DNA of 64,000 bases, taken from the NCBI RefSeq assembly GCF_009834535.1, contig NC_045697.1, positions 21,640,001-21,704,000 of the forward strand, written 5' to 3'. Source of the DNA: Camelus ferus. Taxonomy: Eukaryota. The notes under the pieces were generated by a model, which had not been told where the DNA came from, ran no database searches, and saw nothing but the letters and a program-made list of their open reading frames with translations. Shown here one piece after another: positions 1 to 11,640 of this stretch (positions within the stretch are counted from its first letter, which is position 1; each line of letters starts with the position of its first letter). The position numbers and the translations under genes are program-made.

Positions 1-1150
1 ATTCCCTAGGAAACAGGAAAAATTGTATTTGGAGGTCAGCGCTGGACAGAACTCAGAAGAAAACTTCTGTAAATACAGGCTTTCAGTAGTGTGGTGGTGA
101 GATGGTGAGGCGTGTGGTGGGGAAGTGTTCTATAGTGCTGTGATTAGGTCTCAGTCATTCGGTGAGCCTGTGCTTCTGGGCTGTGAATTTCACATGTGTC
201 TCTCAGGTTTTTTCCCTCCACACTTAGGTGGAACAAGATGGCTAGAGCTGGCTGGAGTTGAGTATTTCTCTTCCCCCAGGTTAGTTAGGGCCTGACAATA
301 CCCCAGCAGACTACACTCTGGTTAACTAGTTTCTCTTACGGGCAGGACTTGTTAAGAAAAGAGTGTACAGTTGACTCTTGGGTTTGAACATCAGTTTGTA
401 CCTCACGGATCCATTTTTATGCAGATTTTTTCAATAAATTAATAGATATACTGTAAATGTATTTTCTTTTCCTTTGATTTTCTTAATAACAGTTTCTTTT
501 CTCTAGCCTAGTTTACTGTAAGAATATAATGTATTACACGTATAATAAACAAAATATGTGTTAATCGACTCTTTATGTTATTGGTACAGCTTCTGGTCAA
601 CAGTAAGTCATAAATAGTTAAGTTTTTGGAAAGTCAAGAGTTATACTCAGATTTTTGAATGCGCGGGAGGTTTGGTTCCCCTTACCCCCTTGTTGTTCAA
701 AGGTCAACTGTATTTCAGATGGGTTCCTTTTCCCCCTATGCAGGAAGCTGGAGGAGATTTTTCTCTGATGTTCACCAGATTAAACTCCTGGAGGAAGCAC
801 TCACAAAATTGCGGGGGCATTTCTATGATTGGGGTCACCCAGGAGTTGTTAGCTCTCAGACTTGTCTGCACTGAGCCTCTACCAATTCATCAATTATAGT
901 TCTGGTCTTCCTGCCCCAAACCCAGTTCTCTGAGAGGTTTCTGCTTGTGAGCTCCTGCTCCAGTAAGCTAATGACCTGTATTCATCTGTTGGTCTCTCCA
1001 ATTTGAGGGTAGCTATTTGATCTGTGTCCTCTCTCTTCTTACAGATCCTAGAAGAGTTGTTGATTTTTTGGTCTGTTCAGCTTTTTACTTGTTAGAACAA
1101 AGTCATGACTTCCAAGTTCCTTACATGTGGAATCTGAGATGGGTAGTCAA
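1..1150 (-). mobile_element. Old L1M (L1MC-like) 5' region, antisense, interrupted by Tigger2a
   Basis: Resembles remembered L1M 5'-end consensus (ggaagtgttctatagtgctgtgattaggtctcagtc...; gaagagttgttgattttttggtctgttcagctttttacttgt...ttccaagttccttacatg). It reads on continuously across the 368-710 insertion. Confidence 0.6.
368..710. mobile_element. Tigger2a/MER28-like non-autonomous TcMar-Tigger element
   Basis: Terminal inverted repeats cagttgactcttg... and ...caaaggtcaactg, with TA at 366-367 and 711-712. Interior matches remembered Tigger2a. Confidence 0.85.
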
Positions 1151-1383
1151 GGTCATTATTCTAATTTTTTTTCAGTAAAAGAGGGAGAAATATAATTTCA
1201 ACACAGAGCATATGAGGACCAGATCATGCCACAGAAATTAACCATGAATCAATCTCTTATAACCTCCCCTGAGATAGCATGTGTATTGTGAGTGTGTTTG
1301 GGGGAGGAGTAAGGTGGGCAGGGCTTTTCACTCCTTCAGATCATGGAAGAAACTCTAAAAGAAACCTCACAACACAGTTCATG

Positions 1384-1980
1384 TGAAGGAGAAATAATAA
1401 AGTGGCCATATTTAGGCTAACAGATTGCTTATTCTTATGTGTGCCCTTAAAACGGCCAACAAACCTGACCGACAGGTTACTGCTCACAGCTCCAGGCCCC
1501 TTGTTGAAACTAAAGCTATTGATCTTACTGTTTCTACTTTATTCCAGTCATCAAAAGCTATAATCATGCTTGGCTTCTGAGTTGTTCTCCAGGAAGAAGG
1601 TCACAGAACTGCAACCCTACAAAATAGGCTGAATTATCATAAAGAATCACGCCGCAGGTGTTTGCAAGATGAAAGGATTAAAAAAGTGACAATTGCTAGT
1701 CTCTACAGAATTGGTCTTCTGGAGACACCATGACACGATTCTAAAACTTGTAACAAGAAAATGATTTTGCTGATTGTTATTGGTGTTTTATTGTTAAGCT
1801 ATGACTATGTAATCACCCTACCCCATCCCCAAGGTGGAGTCACAATTTTGAAGGCACTAGCCTGTTGTAGGTCCCCTTTGCCCAGCAAAGCAATAAAGCT
1901 GTCTCTTTTCTTCTAAGCTCCAAGACCCTGTCTCTGAGTTATCTGGTTTATCAGGGACAGAGGTCGATCTTTCAGCAACA
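1384..1980 (+). mobile_element. ERV1-class solo LTR (597 bp)
   Basis: TG...CA termini, perfect 4-bp TSD catg (1380-1383, 1981-1984), AATAAA at 1892-1897 followed by a pyrimidine-rich U5-like segment. Confidence 0.8.
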
Positions 1981-2319
1981 CATGTCATACCTAAGTTTGA
2001 CTTAGAAGTGTTTTGACTAGAATGAGAAAGGGACATTTTTGAAAAACATTTAAAAAATGTTTGGTGTTCTAATTCTTCAGCTTCCAAAACAACCCAATTA
2101 ATTAATATAGAACATGATGAGAGAAATTAATCTCCAAAACATCAACAAGGATTCCACTAAATCTAGAGATAATGGCCAAGTTTACTATTATTCCCAAGAT
2201 AGTTTCTGGTGGAACGAGTATATTAAAAAAAAAAAAAAACAACTGTAGGTTAAGGATAAATATTCATAGCATATGAAGTTGCGCAAATTGCTAATGCCCT
2301 GCCTGTATCCCCACGCCCT

Positions 2320-2990
2320 TCTCCCATTGCCCTGCTCTTTCTCTCTTCTATTAACATTCAAACCATCGCAACATTCGAATAGCTGCTGTTGTAAGAAAAG
2401 GATGATCTCATCTCATTGGCTTTACTTCTTCATTTGACATTCACACTCAAGCCAGTGAAATCTTGTTTCATCCTCTACTGCTCAAACTATCACTAGTGTC
2501 CTAGTTAAATCTGGTGGATTCTTCACAGAACATTTCTTACCACTGCAGCGTTTGATATTGAAGGCAATTTTCTCCATAGTTTGCATTCTTGAAACTTCTT
2601 CCTTGATTTCCGTGACACAACCTTCTCCAGGTGTTTTCTTATCTTTCTAGTTGCTCTTTTATTCTTAAGTGAGCTTTTCCCCCGTCACAGCTCCTAAATT
2701 TTGGTGTTCCGCAGAAACCGTGTTTAACCTGGGGAAAACTTCATTTTTTCCCTATGGTATCTCAGTCGCTCTAACAGCTTTATCTATATAGTGAGGACGG
2801 ACTTTTCCCTTGAGCTCTATATTTATCAGTAAACCCAAATTGCCTTCTAATTATTTCCACATAGGAATTGTTCCATTCCATAGAACAACTGTCAGTTTGT
2901 AACTTGGCTTGTTATACCCCTAGCAAACATAGATCTATTTTTTCCATCTCAGAAAGTGGCACTCTTAATCTCCTCCTCCCTGACCCATCA
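2320..2990 (+). mobile_element. Degenerate L2 LINE fragment
   Basis: Pyrimidine-rich L2-like motifs such as cttgaaacttcttccttgatttccgtgacacaaccttctccaggtgttttcttatct. Confidence 0.55.
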
Positions 2991-3229
2991 TACACTTCTT
3001 AGTTGTACTTGTCCCTGCTGGGGTCAGCAAGGGCTAAAATGGTTTTTTCATTGAAAAGCAATCAAAGTAGAAATCTACCGAATTTGCTAAAATCACAAGC
3101 GAATTTATAAAGATTCAGGGCCAAGAAAATGAGTTCTAAATCTTCTAGTCTGGCACCACTTAGCAATAATGATGGTCAGACAAGGGAGACTTCATTTAAA
3201 CTGATCACCTCGTTTGGAATAGCTATTCC

Positions 3230-3465
3230 CTGTGCACGTGGAGACAGAATAAAGCAGTACCACCCGGGAGAGTCCTGGACGCACCGCTGCTTGTACCAGA
3301 AGCCTCTGTGGCCCCACCTCAAGTATCACATTGGACTGCAGCAGCAGCAGCAGCCCTAGTGGACAGCTCCGTGCCGCACTTACTCAATCAGTTCTCTGTA
3401 TTACACTCTCTCTGTTACAATAGCAGGTGTGGTTTCTGTTTTCCTGCCTGAGCCTAACTGATCCA
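3230..3465 (+). mobile_element. Old ERVL LTR 3' part (LTR33/LTR41-like)
   Basis: Ends with gtggtttctgttttcctgcctgagcctaactgatcca, a typical old ERVL LTR terminus. Contains (CAG)5. Confidence 0.45.
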
Positions 3466-3859
3466 ACCAGCAAAGATGGAGAATAAAGGCACACCCAAGA
3501 CCAGGGATCTATGCTAGAATGCACACCTGTCTCCTCAAGGCTGTCTTACTTCTCACAGGGGCACACTTGAAGTGCAGAGGCTAGCCGTGTACGTGGCATA
3601 CGGAGTCCATCAAGTGTAAGAGAATGAAGACAGGTTCACTCTTTACCATGTATCACACAGGGGCGGGGGGTGGGGGTACATGTCAGCACGTGAAGATCCA
3701 CGTTATTACCATATAAGAAGTTTCTCACTCTGCACCGTTAAATAATCAGGTACAACTTCTTGTAGCTTTAATGGGCCTCTCTTGAAATATTTATATGTCA
3801 GGCTTGGCCACCCATGACCCACTTCATCCTGTGTGGTCTGGTCCGATTTTTGTTTTTTG

Positions 3860-4822
3860 TTGTTTTTTTTTTATTCTGACCTGATACCATCCTCTCTCAA
3901 ATAGTCTGCAATAAAGCTTTATGACTATTCTTCAAGCACACAGCAGTTTTTCCTGCATCAGAGCTTCTTTCTACCCAAGCAATTTTCTATACCCAAAGTC
4001 AACTCCTCTTCCGCCCTGATGCCTTTCATAGTGGTGATCCCTAACTTTTTCCTACCTGGATAACTCACACGTACTTTTCAGGAAACATTTCTTCAGGGCA
4101 GTATTTTCTCGTCACCACTCTCTCCCACTAGTCTAGATTGATTTTTTTTTTTTTTCTGGCTTAGACTCTACCACTTTATAGGTCATCATATCCTGTATAT
4201 CATTGTCAGAAATAACAGAAGGAAAACCGATGAATCACAGAAGGAGCAATTAGTAAAAGTTTATTGTTCAGACAAAGAAAAGACACTCTGTGAACTGGGA
4301 GAACTCAAACCAAAACACAGAATGAGGCTCAAGGATGTATTGGTGTAAAACAGCTTATATGGTGAGAGAGTAATGACTATTTATTCGTCACAGTGATTGG
4401 TTATACTACTAGAATTTTCTTAAGTGATAGGGAATTGGTTAGTGGTTACCTCATATCATCCTTGGGAAAAGGTTTAGATTTTGCCTGTGATTTCAGGAGG
4501 GATAAATAAGAAATGACTCAAGTCCACTCAGTCTTGCATAATAAGCTAAATTAAGCTTTACTTTTATGACTAAACCAGTGTTTCTGCTAAGGGAATTTTC
4601 AAGGCTGGTCTTCATTTGCTTTTGATTTTAACAGCATACAGTTTTGGTTGGTTAATATTTTATTTCTGTCTCAATTTCGAGAAGGTAAGCCTGATGAAAG
4701 CAGGCACTATTCATTTTACTCATTTCCATACCCTTGGAACTAGAGACAGTGCCTGATACACGACAAGTATTCATTAAAATATCAGTTAATGGCTGCATAA
4801 ATGGATAAATGATGATTGAATG
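3860..4822 (+). mobile_element. L2 3' end split by an LTR insertion
   Basis: L2 3' motifs (gtaagcctgatgaaagcaggcac; acagtgcctgatacacgacaagtattcattaaaat; tgaatg-like tail) lie on both sides of the 4204-4633 LTR. Confidence 0.55.
4204..4633 (-). mobile_element. ERV1-class solo LTR (MER34/MER39-like), antisense
   Basis: TG...CA ends with near-TSD tcat/gcat. On the minus strand: CCAAT boxes (about 4396 and 4434), TATA-like ATATAAG (about 4354-4360), AATAAA (4260-4265). Confidence 0.7.
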
Positions 4823-4887
4823 TTATTGTCTTTATCAGTCCCGTCCAATATAACTTTTTGTGATTTCAGAAATGTTGTATGCCTGAA

Positions 4888-5045
4888 TTATCCAGTATGG
4901 AAGACTATAGACACACATGGCTGTTGAACACTCAAAATGTGGCTAGTGTGACTAAAAGAACTGGACTTTTAATTTTATTTAATTTTAATTAAATTTAATT
5001 TTAGATAGCTGCATATGTGGATAGTTGCTAACACACTGGGCAGTG
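4888..5045. mobile_element. MER3 (hAT-Charlie MITE)
   Basis: tccagtatgg...cacatggctgttgaacactcaaaatgtggctagtgtgact...AT-rich core...atgtggatagttgcta...ggcagtg matches remembered MER3. Confidence 0.8.
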
Positions 5046-6914
5046 TTAAGTCTATGAGACAGAATTCACAGAGGGATGTTTAATGAAAATGTGATTGAAA
5101 ATATTTGTAAGCAAGAGATACATTTGGAGGAATCATAAATCTTAGACTGAGATTCATATATGGAAAAATATTAAGTTTTTTGATCAGGGAACATGACAAC
5201 GTAGAACACAGAGAGAACTCTGGTTTGGAACAGAACTCTCCTCTAACATATTAAAGTGCAAGTTTCTTGTACTTGTTAAACTAGAGACATAATGCAACCA
5301 ATATTTGAAAACACATAAATTATGTTCTGCCTTTTCAGAAAAATACGGAAAGACTAAATCTCATTAAATGTGTACCTCTTAAGTGTGAATATGATCCAGC
5401 TTCAATCTTTTATTAAAGTTTTATGCAGTATCTATGAAGTTAACAAAAATGAAAAATTTGGATATATATTTAGTGTAATAATGACTATTTAAGCACTCTG
5501 CCATGTTGGCTGTATAATGAAATGAGATAGCCTATTGATTATATTATTAGAAGATACTCATATTCAGATTTTATGATCAAAATTTTACAGTTTGAATACT
5601 TTGCATATGTTCATATATACTATATACATTTCAGTCATTAGTTGATTTCCTTCTCATGACAAATTTCATTCATGACAAGTATGTAAGTTTGACCATTTTT
5701 ATTAATTTCTTGAACTATTCTTATTAGAATAATATATAGCTGTCCTTTGTAATTGTATACTTATCATTTGAATAGAGAGAATATCAAAGGTTAAGAATGG
5801 ATGAGACATTGTTAATACCTATTTGTATATTCAAATATAAGCCAAATTGATATTTTCATGTAAATATGAATGTATTCTCGTAAACTTGAAAATATCCTAC
5901 ACTTTATCTGTAGAATCAGCTTTAAAAAAATATTTCTAACTCTAATTCTCTTGAGCCATACAAATGGTCCTAAGTTCTCTGAATGTTCTGTTCTGCTTGA
6001 TTTAATTTTGTTTTTGTGGAGGCTAAACTCACATAATTCCATCTGAATTCAGAGTTACTACTTGAAAATTAAATTGCAGATTCAAGATAATATTTATCCC
6101 AGATCTTTGTTTCCTCTGCTTTGGGAGCAGTGATGATTTTATTCATTTCTGGTAAGGTAGTACCATCTTGGTTAAAGATACTTTTGACATATTTTTAATT
6201 TCAAGCCATGTAGTCACAAAACACTACCTCTAGTCACTTCATACCATCCCCATCACCCTAGAGATCTTCTCAAACACAATCCAATAAAAAATAAACTCCA
6301 TTATCTATACAATGGCAAATATATTTTTTGCTAAATATAACATTCTCAAATTAGACCAGTAATTTGTTTTAGAATCCACTTGTGGCCAAATGAAGCACTT
6401 AAACATGTTCTTGGGTCCTATTTTCTCCTGAAGACAGATTTCTAGCTCTAGAATAATAACATATACATTTTCAATAGTAGAGAAGAGTGAGGAGTAAACA
6501 TTAGCAAATCCCACCTTTCAGTTATTCTGAAACCATCTCAGCCTCTCAGAGGGCATTTCGTCATAACTCTCTTCATTTCCCACATGCACAAAAACGCAAA
6601 TAAATATTACCAAGATCTTTTCTCAAGGCAGGCAAGGAATACAACTCAGCAGTAAGGAGCCAACTCTGCTGTCCTTCCAGACATTCTTCCCCACTCACGT
6701 TTCCATTCCTGAGCCATCACAGCAACGAGGGCTTTCCCTCGCGCTAGGATGTTTTCCCACGTAGCCTCCCGTGAAATGTTTACCACCTGAGCACCACCTT
6801 CTGTCAGGGTCTATTTGTGCCCCATCTACCACACAGGATGAAGCCCATTTCAACTGCCAGGGGGTGATGAGCCAGTTCCATCTTACCACGTGTTTTCTCA
6901 GATCATTCCCAGTG

Positions 6915-7420
6915 CATCAGACTGCGATGCAAGTCTCTCACCTGTGGAAGGAGAGAGGTAAGGAAGAACGATTAGATAAGGAAAGTATTAAACTGCAGCA
7001 AGTTCCAAGAAAGGTGAGACCAGTCTAATGGGCTGTCCTTGGATGAAAGGTGCCTGTTGGAGGAATTCCACATCTCACATGAATAGGCTTTCCTTTTTTT
7101 TTTTTTTTTTTTTTTTTGAGGAGGGAAGTAATTAGGTTTATTTATTTATTTATTTATTAATAGCAGTGCTGAGGATTGGACCCCAGACCTTGTGCGTGCT
7201 AAGCGTGCACCCTACTGCTGAGCTATGCCCTCCTCCCTTGAATAGGCTTTCTTTTTTACCCTGACATGCTCAGTTACTGGCTAAGAGAACCCCACAGCAA
7301 GCATGGCCCTAGTGTAAACACAGTAGTGAATGCAAAGGGCACTGGAAGCTGCCAGACACATTCCTGCAAGAGCAAATCTGTGAAATGCATTTTCACAGCC
7401 TCCGCGCTACTCTAACTGCA
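6915..7420 (-). mobile_element. LTR16-like ERVL LTR, interrupted by a SINE
   Basis: gatgcaagtctctcacctgtggaaggagagagg...gctcagttactggctaagagaac...gcatggccct resembles antisense LTR16-family consensus. Confidence 0.55.
7093..7238 (-). mobile_element. Camelid tRNA-derived SINE (Vic-1 type)
   Basis: Minus strand reads gggaggagggcatagctcagcagtagggtgcacgcttagcacgcacaaggtctggggtccaatcctcagc, with A/B-box-like motifs, (AAAT)n and a long poly(A). Perfect 13-bp TSD tgaataggctttc (7080-7092, 7239-7251). Confidence 0.9.
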
Positions 7421-8230
7421 GTCTGTCCCAGTCATTCCACAAAAGCAACTTTGGAGGTCACCTATAACTTCCATGTTCTCATAACCAATGGTTATTTTTC
7501 AGTCCTTCTCTTACTTTGCCATTCAGCCATGCATGGACTAGTCCCGACTATTAGAGTCAGTTAGTTCCTTGAAAAGCTCTGTCTTTGACTTCATTGACAC
7601 CACCCTTTTCTGAAGGCCCACCTTCCTCTCTGGTTGCTCAGCGCATGTCTCATTTGCATGCTTATTTATCCTCTTCTGCTAAGCTACTAGATATTTTCAG
7701 TTTCCCAAACACAGGTCGATATGCTTTTTCTCATCACACTGTGTACTCCTTCCATGGTTTACCTCATTTATATTAAAGGCCTCAGTTTCTACTTAAATGC
7801 AGGTGACTCTCAAGTTTATATATACCCAGCTTAGATACATCCCCTGAACTTTAGACTCAGATATCCAGTTAGTTTCTGACATGTCACTGATGTTAAAACA
7901 CACACCGAAGCCAACAAATAAAAACTAAATTCATGGACTTCAGCCCCTTCAATCCTAGTAAGTTACTTCTTCCACAATAACCTGTTACAACAAATGGCAT
8001 CACCATCCTCCCAGTAACATAAGTAATAAAACTCCAAGTTATCCTTGTCACATCCTTCTTTCTCACACCCACATATCCAGCTCTCACTCAGTGCTGTGGT
8101 ATTTACCACATACGTGCCCTTAGAATCTGTCTACACTCTTCTCCTCTTCACCTGGGTAATGTCATTTAATTCCTCAGACCTCAGTACAAACATGATTGGC
8201 TCACAGAAGCCTTCCCTAATGTCCTAAACT
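7420..8230 (+). mobile_element. L2 LINE fragment
   Basis: L2 motifs gtgactctcaagtttatatatacccagcttaga...cccctgaactttagactcagatatccag and aatggcatcaccatcctcccagt. Confidence 0.7.
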
Positions 8231-9499
8231 AAATGAAAAATCACTAGTGAATCTTCAAAATACTCCTTACATATTCAATTAGACTGACTGTTACAATTAG
8301 TTGACTAACGTCTATCTTTCCCATTCTAACAAAATATCCATAAGCTCAGATAACCTGTCAGGATTTTCCTCATGTACCTAACATTTATTTTTAAGATATA
8401 ACTGTTTAGATTTATAATGCTAAACCTGATCCTAAAGAAGCAAAATGTATTTATTAATATTCAATATTAAAGATCACCAAACTATATAAACAAACATATA
8501 AATATGACTGAAAAGTAAAATAATCTGATTACCTTTAGTACATATTATGAAAGCTTCAAAACTTTACATTTTCACTATGTTGGATGTTTTCTTTTGTATA
8601 ATATGAAAATTGCACTGAATACAATAACTAAACCATATGGATAAGACAAATGAGAACTTTTATAAACTTCTATATACAGACATCAGCAATATTAAGTTGG
8701 TTAGCTATTTTGTGTGGGGTGGGGAGGGGAGATAGTCCATTTACACTGTAACCAGAATCAAATAGTTTTCTTTATTGTATTTAGGTGGTCCAATAAATAC
8801 TTTGCTCTTGAGCGTAATATTAAATTATAGCTTAAGAAGGTCTAGGGCAACAGCTAGCTTCTCAGAAGCTTATTACAAGTTAACTAGAATAAGAGTCTTC
8901 AGAGCTACATCTAATCCCACAGCCTACAGTTTTGTCACAGGATGCTAAGCTGGAGCTGCTCTGAGATAAAACACTCTTTCTTAGAGGTCCTTCTCCACCT
9001 TGTTGTGACACATAATGCATATTTCCTCTGTCACTTCATTCTCTATATGTCTCCTACTTGTTGTGTAGGAGGAGAAGATTGTCTGAGCTGGTATTTGGGT
9101 GGAAATAGCTTCATGAGTTATTTGAGACTGTAAAAGAAGCAAGGTTTCCTAAGAAAAGATAAATCTAACTTCACACGTATAGAAGCAATAATCTAAAGTG
9201 ATGAAATAAGGACTGTTTTCCCCAAGTATCTCCCCTTTCTTTTGAATGAGAGCAGCGTATCATTTTGCCATATTATTTTTCCCATAGAGATAGGAAATGC
9301 GTCAGTAATAGCCAGTACAGTTCAACTGGATTTCCCACACTGCACCTGGAAATATGGTAGATGAGTTCTCACGAGTGGTGGGGGAATTGACAATACATAT
9401 TTACAGTATTATTTAGTTTGTGAAGCCTCTAAACTCCCAAGATGGAAATTTTGTAACTATAACACACCAGTGTAACAAATTGAAGAGTATTACATTCAG

Positions 9500-9633
9500 G
9501 TGGCTTTTAGGCAGGGAGGAGGTGTGAAGTAATTATATTTATTTACTTAATTTTTAATGGTGGTACTGGGTATTGAACCCAGGACCCTGTGGATGCTAGG
9601 CATACACTCTACCACTGAGCTATGCCCTCCCTC
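9500..9633 (-). mobile_element. Camelid tRNA-derived SINE (Vic-1 type)
   Basis: Minus strand gagggagggcatagctcagtggtagagtgtatgcctagcatccacagggtcctgggttcaatacccagtacc. 19-bp TSD with 1 mismatch (9481-9499, 9634-9652). Confidence 0.9.
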
Positions 9634-10246
9634 TGAAAAGTATTACATTCAGTCTAAAGAGGTATTTGGCAATATTTTGACAATAACAGGTTGTTTGCCT
9701 GAATTCAACTTTATTTTACTGATCTAAGTATGACAGGTTTTGTGTGTTCGGATGGACTGCCAATATATAATTACGGAAGATTTTGTGTCAACCAGAAACT
9801 TACTGATATGTGATTCTATTTTATATTATGAATTGAAAATCACTTCTGCACAAGATCTTTTAGAGGTAACTATAGCTTACCCTTCCTAAAGGGGACTACT
9901 TTCTTCATGATCAGAAATGATCTCTTAGCAAATGACTTAAATGATTGTATTCAGTCTTTACTAACCTGACTATCCTGCAGTATAAAATGCAGTTGACCTC
10001 TCCCTTCTAATTGAAAAACAACCAACAGACTTTGGTTTCTATGAACTGGCAGTCCCTTGATTTTCCTCTGGCACTAATTGGCCTCAATTGAAACTTGTTT
10101 TTCCCTGCCTGGTCCTTTTATGCAGGTTTCTCTCAGGATTCTGTGATCTGTGCTCTGTTCCATTATCACCTTTTGTGCTCTGCTTGAGCAATCAAATTTA
10201 TTGTGATCTTCCTAAGTACCTCTATGTATTTATGACTTGAAAAGCC

Positions 10247-10759
10247 TGGATTAATCAGGATTCTCTAGAAAAACAGAATCAATAGAATTTATATAGATAC
10301 GTAGAAAAATACATATATTATGAGGGATTGGCTCACACAATTATGAAAGCAAAGAAATTCCACAATCTGCTTCCTGTAAGCTGGAGGCCGAGGAAAAGCT
10401 GTGGTGTAGTTCCAGTCTAAACCAGAAAACCTGAGGACCAAGGGAGCCAGTGATGTAAGTCCTAGTTCAAGTCTGAAGGACTGAGAACAAGGAGTGCTGA
10501 TGTACTGAGGCAAGACAAGATGCAGGACCCGGCTCAAGCAATGAGCAAATTAGCCCTTTCATCACCTTTTGGTTCTATTCAAGCCCTCAGTGGATTAGAT
10601 GATTCCTATGCACATTGTTGAGGGAAATCTTTACTTAATCTATCAATTCAAATGCTAATCTTTCCTAGAAACATACACACACACACACACAGAGAAATAT
10701 ATCTTACCAGCTATTATACCTTAGTCTTGTCAAGTTGACACATAAAATTAACTATCGCA
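10247..10759 (-). mobile_element. MLT2 (ERVL) solo LTR
   Basis: ttaatcaggattctctagaaaaacagaatcaatag...gattggctcacacaattatg...gtcaagttgacacataaaattaactatcgca matches antisense MLT2B/C. Confidence 0.85.
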
Positions 10760-10919
10760 AGCTATAGTACTACCTTAGCAATCATTTCAGAGCTTTCAAA
10801 TTTTTACATCTATATATTCCACTGCAGATGATACCTGCTGTGCTTCAAGTTGACATAGGCAACATAGGCCCAATTTGAAAATATAATACTTTCAAAATAT
10901 ACTTTACATCCTAAAACAT

Positions 10920-11362
10920 TTATTTTTATTGAGATAGAATATACCTACAATAAAGTATACAAAAGTTACGTAAAAAGCTTGCTAAATTTTTGCTATGTAC
11001 TTGATATAAATGCCTCAAAGATGAATATACAACAGATTTCCAAATTCCTAAATGTGGATTTACGATCCTAAAGATTCCTAAAGGATCCTCCCTGTTCCTT
11101 CCCAGCCAGTACTCCTCAAGGAAGCCATTAGTTAGACTTCTGTCTACATATATAAGTTTTGTTTAATATTTTTAAACATGATATAAAAAGAACCCTATAA
11201 TATACGTTCTTTTGAGCTTGGCTTCTTTTGTTCATTATTGGACCAGAGATGCACCTGTATTGTTTTGTGTAGCAGCACTTCATTCTTTTGTATTGCTAGA
11301 TTCATTGTACAAATAGAACAGATTTTATATATCCATTCTCCCCTTGGTGGTCATTTGGTTTA
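10920..11362 (-). mobile_element. Old L1ME-type 3' end
   Basis: tttattgagatagaatatacctacaataaagtatac...tggcttcttttgttcatta...atccattctccccttggtggtcatttggtt. Confidence 0.7.
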
Positions 11363-11640
11363 TATGTGAGTTATCAGTTGCTGTGTAACAAATTTTCCTA
11401 AAACATAGCCACTTAAAACAACATTTGTTATCTCACAGTGTCAGTGGGACAGGAATCCAGGAGTGGTTTAGATGCAGTTTGGCTCAGGTCTCTCATGAGC
11501 TTGCTGTCAAGCTGTTAACCAGGACTTCAGTCATCACAAGATTCACTGGGAACAAAGGACCCACATTCAATTTCACTCATGTGGTAATTGGCCGACCTTG
11601 TTTTGTCACTGGCTGTTGGCTGGAGACTCCAGTTTTACAT
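11363..11640 (-). mobile_element. MLT1 (MaLR) LTR fragment (MLT1F-H-like)
   Basis: gttgctgtgtaacaaattttcctaaaacatagccacttaaaacaacatttgttatctcacagt...ggctcaggtctctcatgagcttgctgtcaagctgt. Confidence 0.8.

Noticed and set aside
3129..3359. ORF ending in polyglutamine (CAG)5
   Set aside because: Short repeat inside an old LTR-like fragment with no gene context.
3660..3676. G-rich tract as a G-quadruplex or promoter GC box
   Set aside because: Isolated, only three clear G runs, and no CpG island or TSS features nearby.
9288..9356. 69-nt open segment after an acceptor-like tattatttttcccatag
   Set aside because: The donor gtagat is weak and the peptides are unrecognised.
7093..9633. tRNA genes
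   Set aside because: The tRNA-like heads belong to SINEs with TSDs and AT-rich tails; they are not intact tRNAs.
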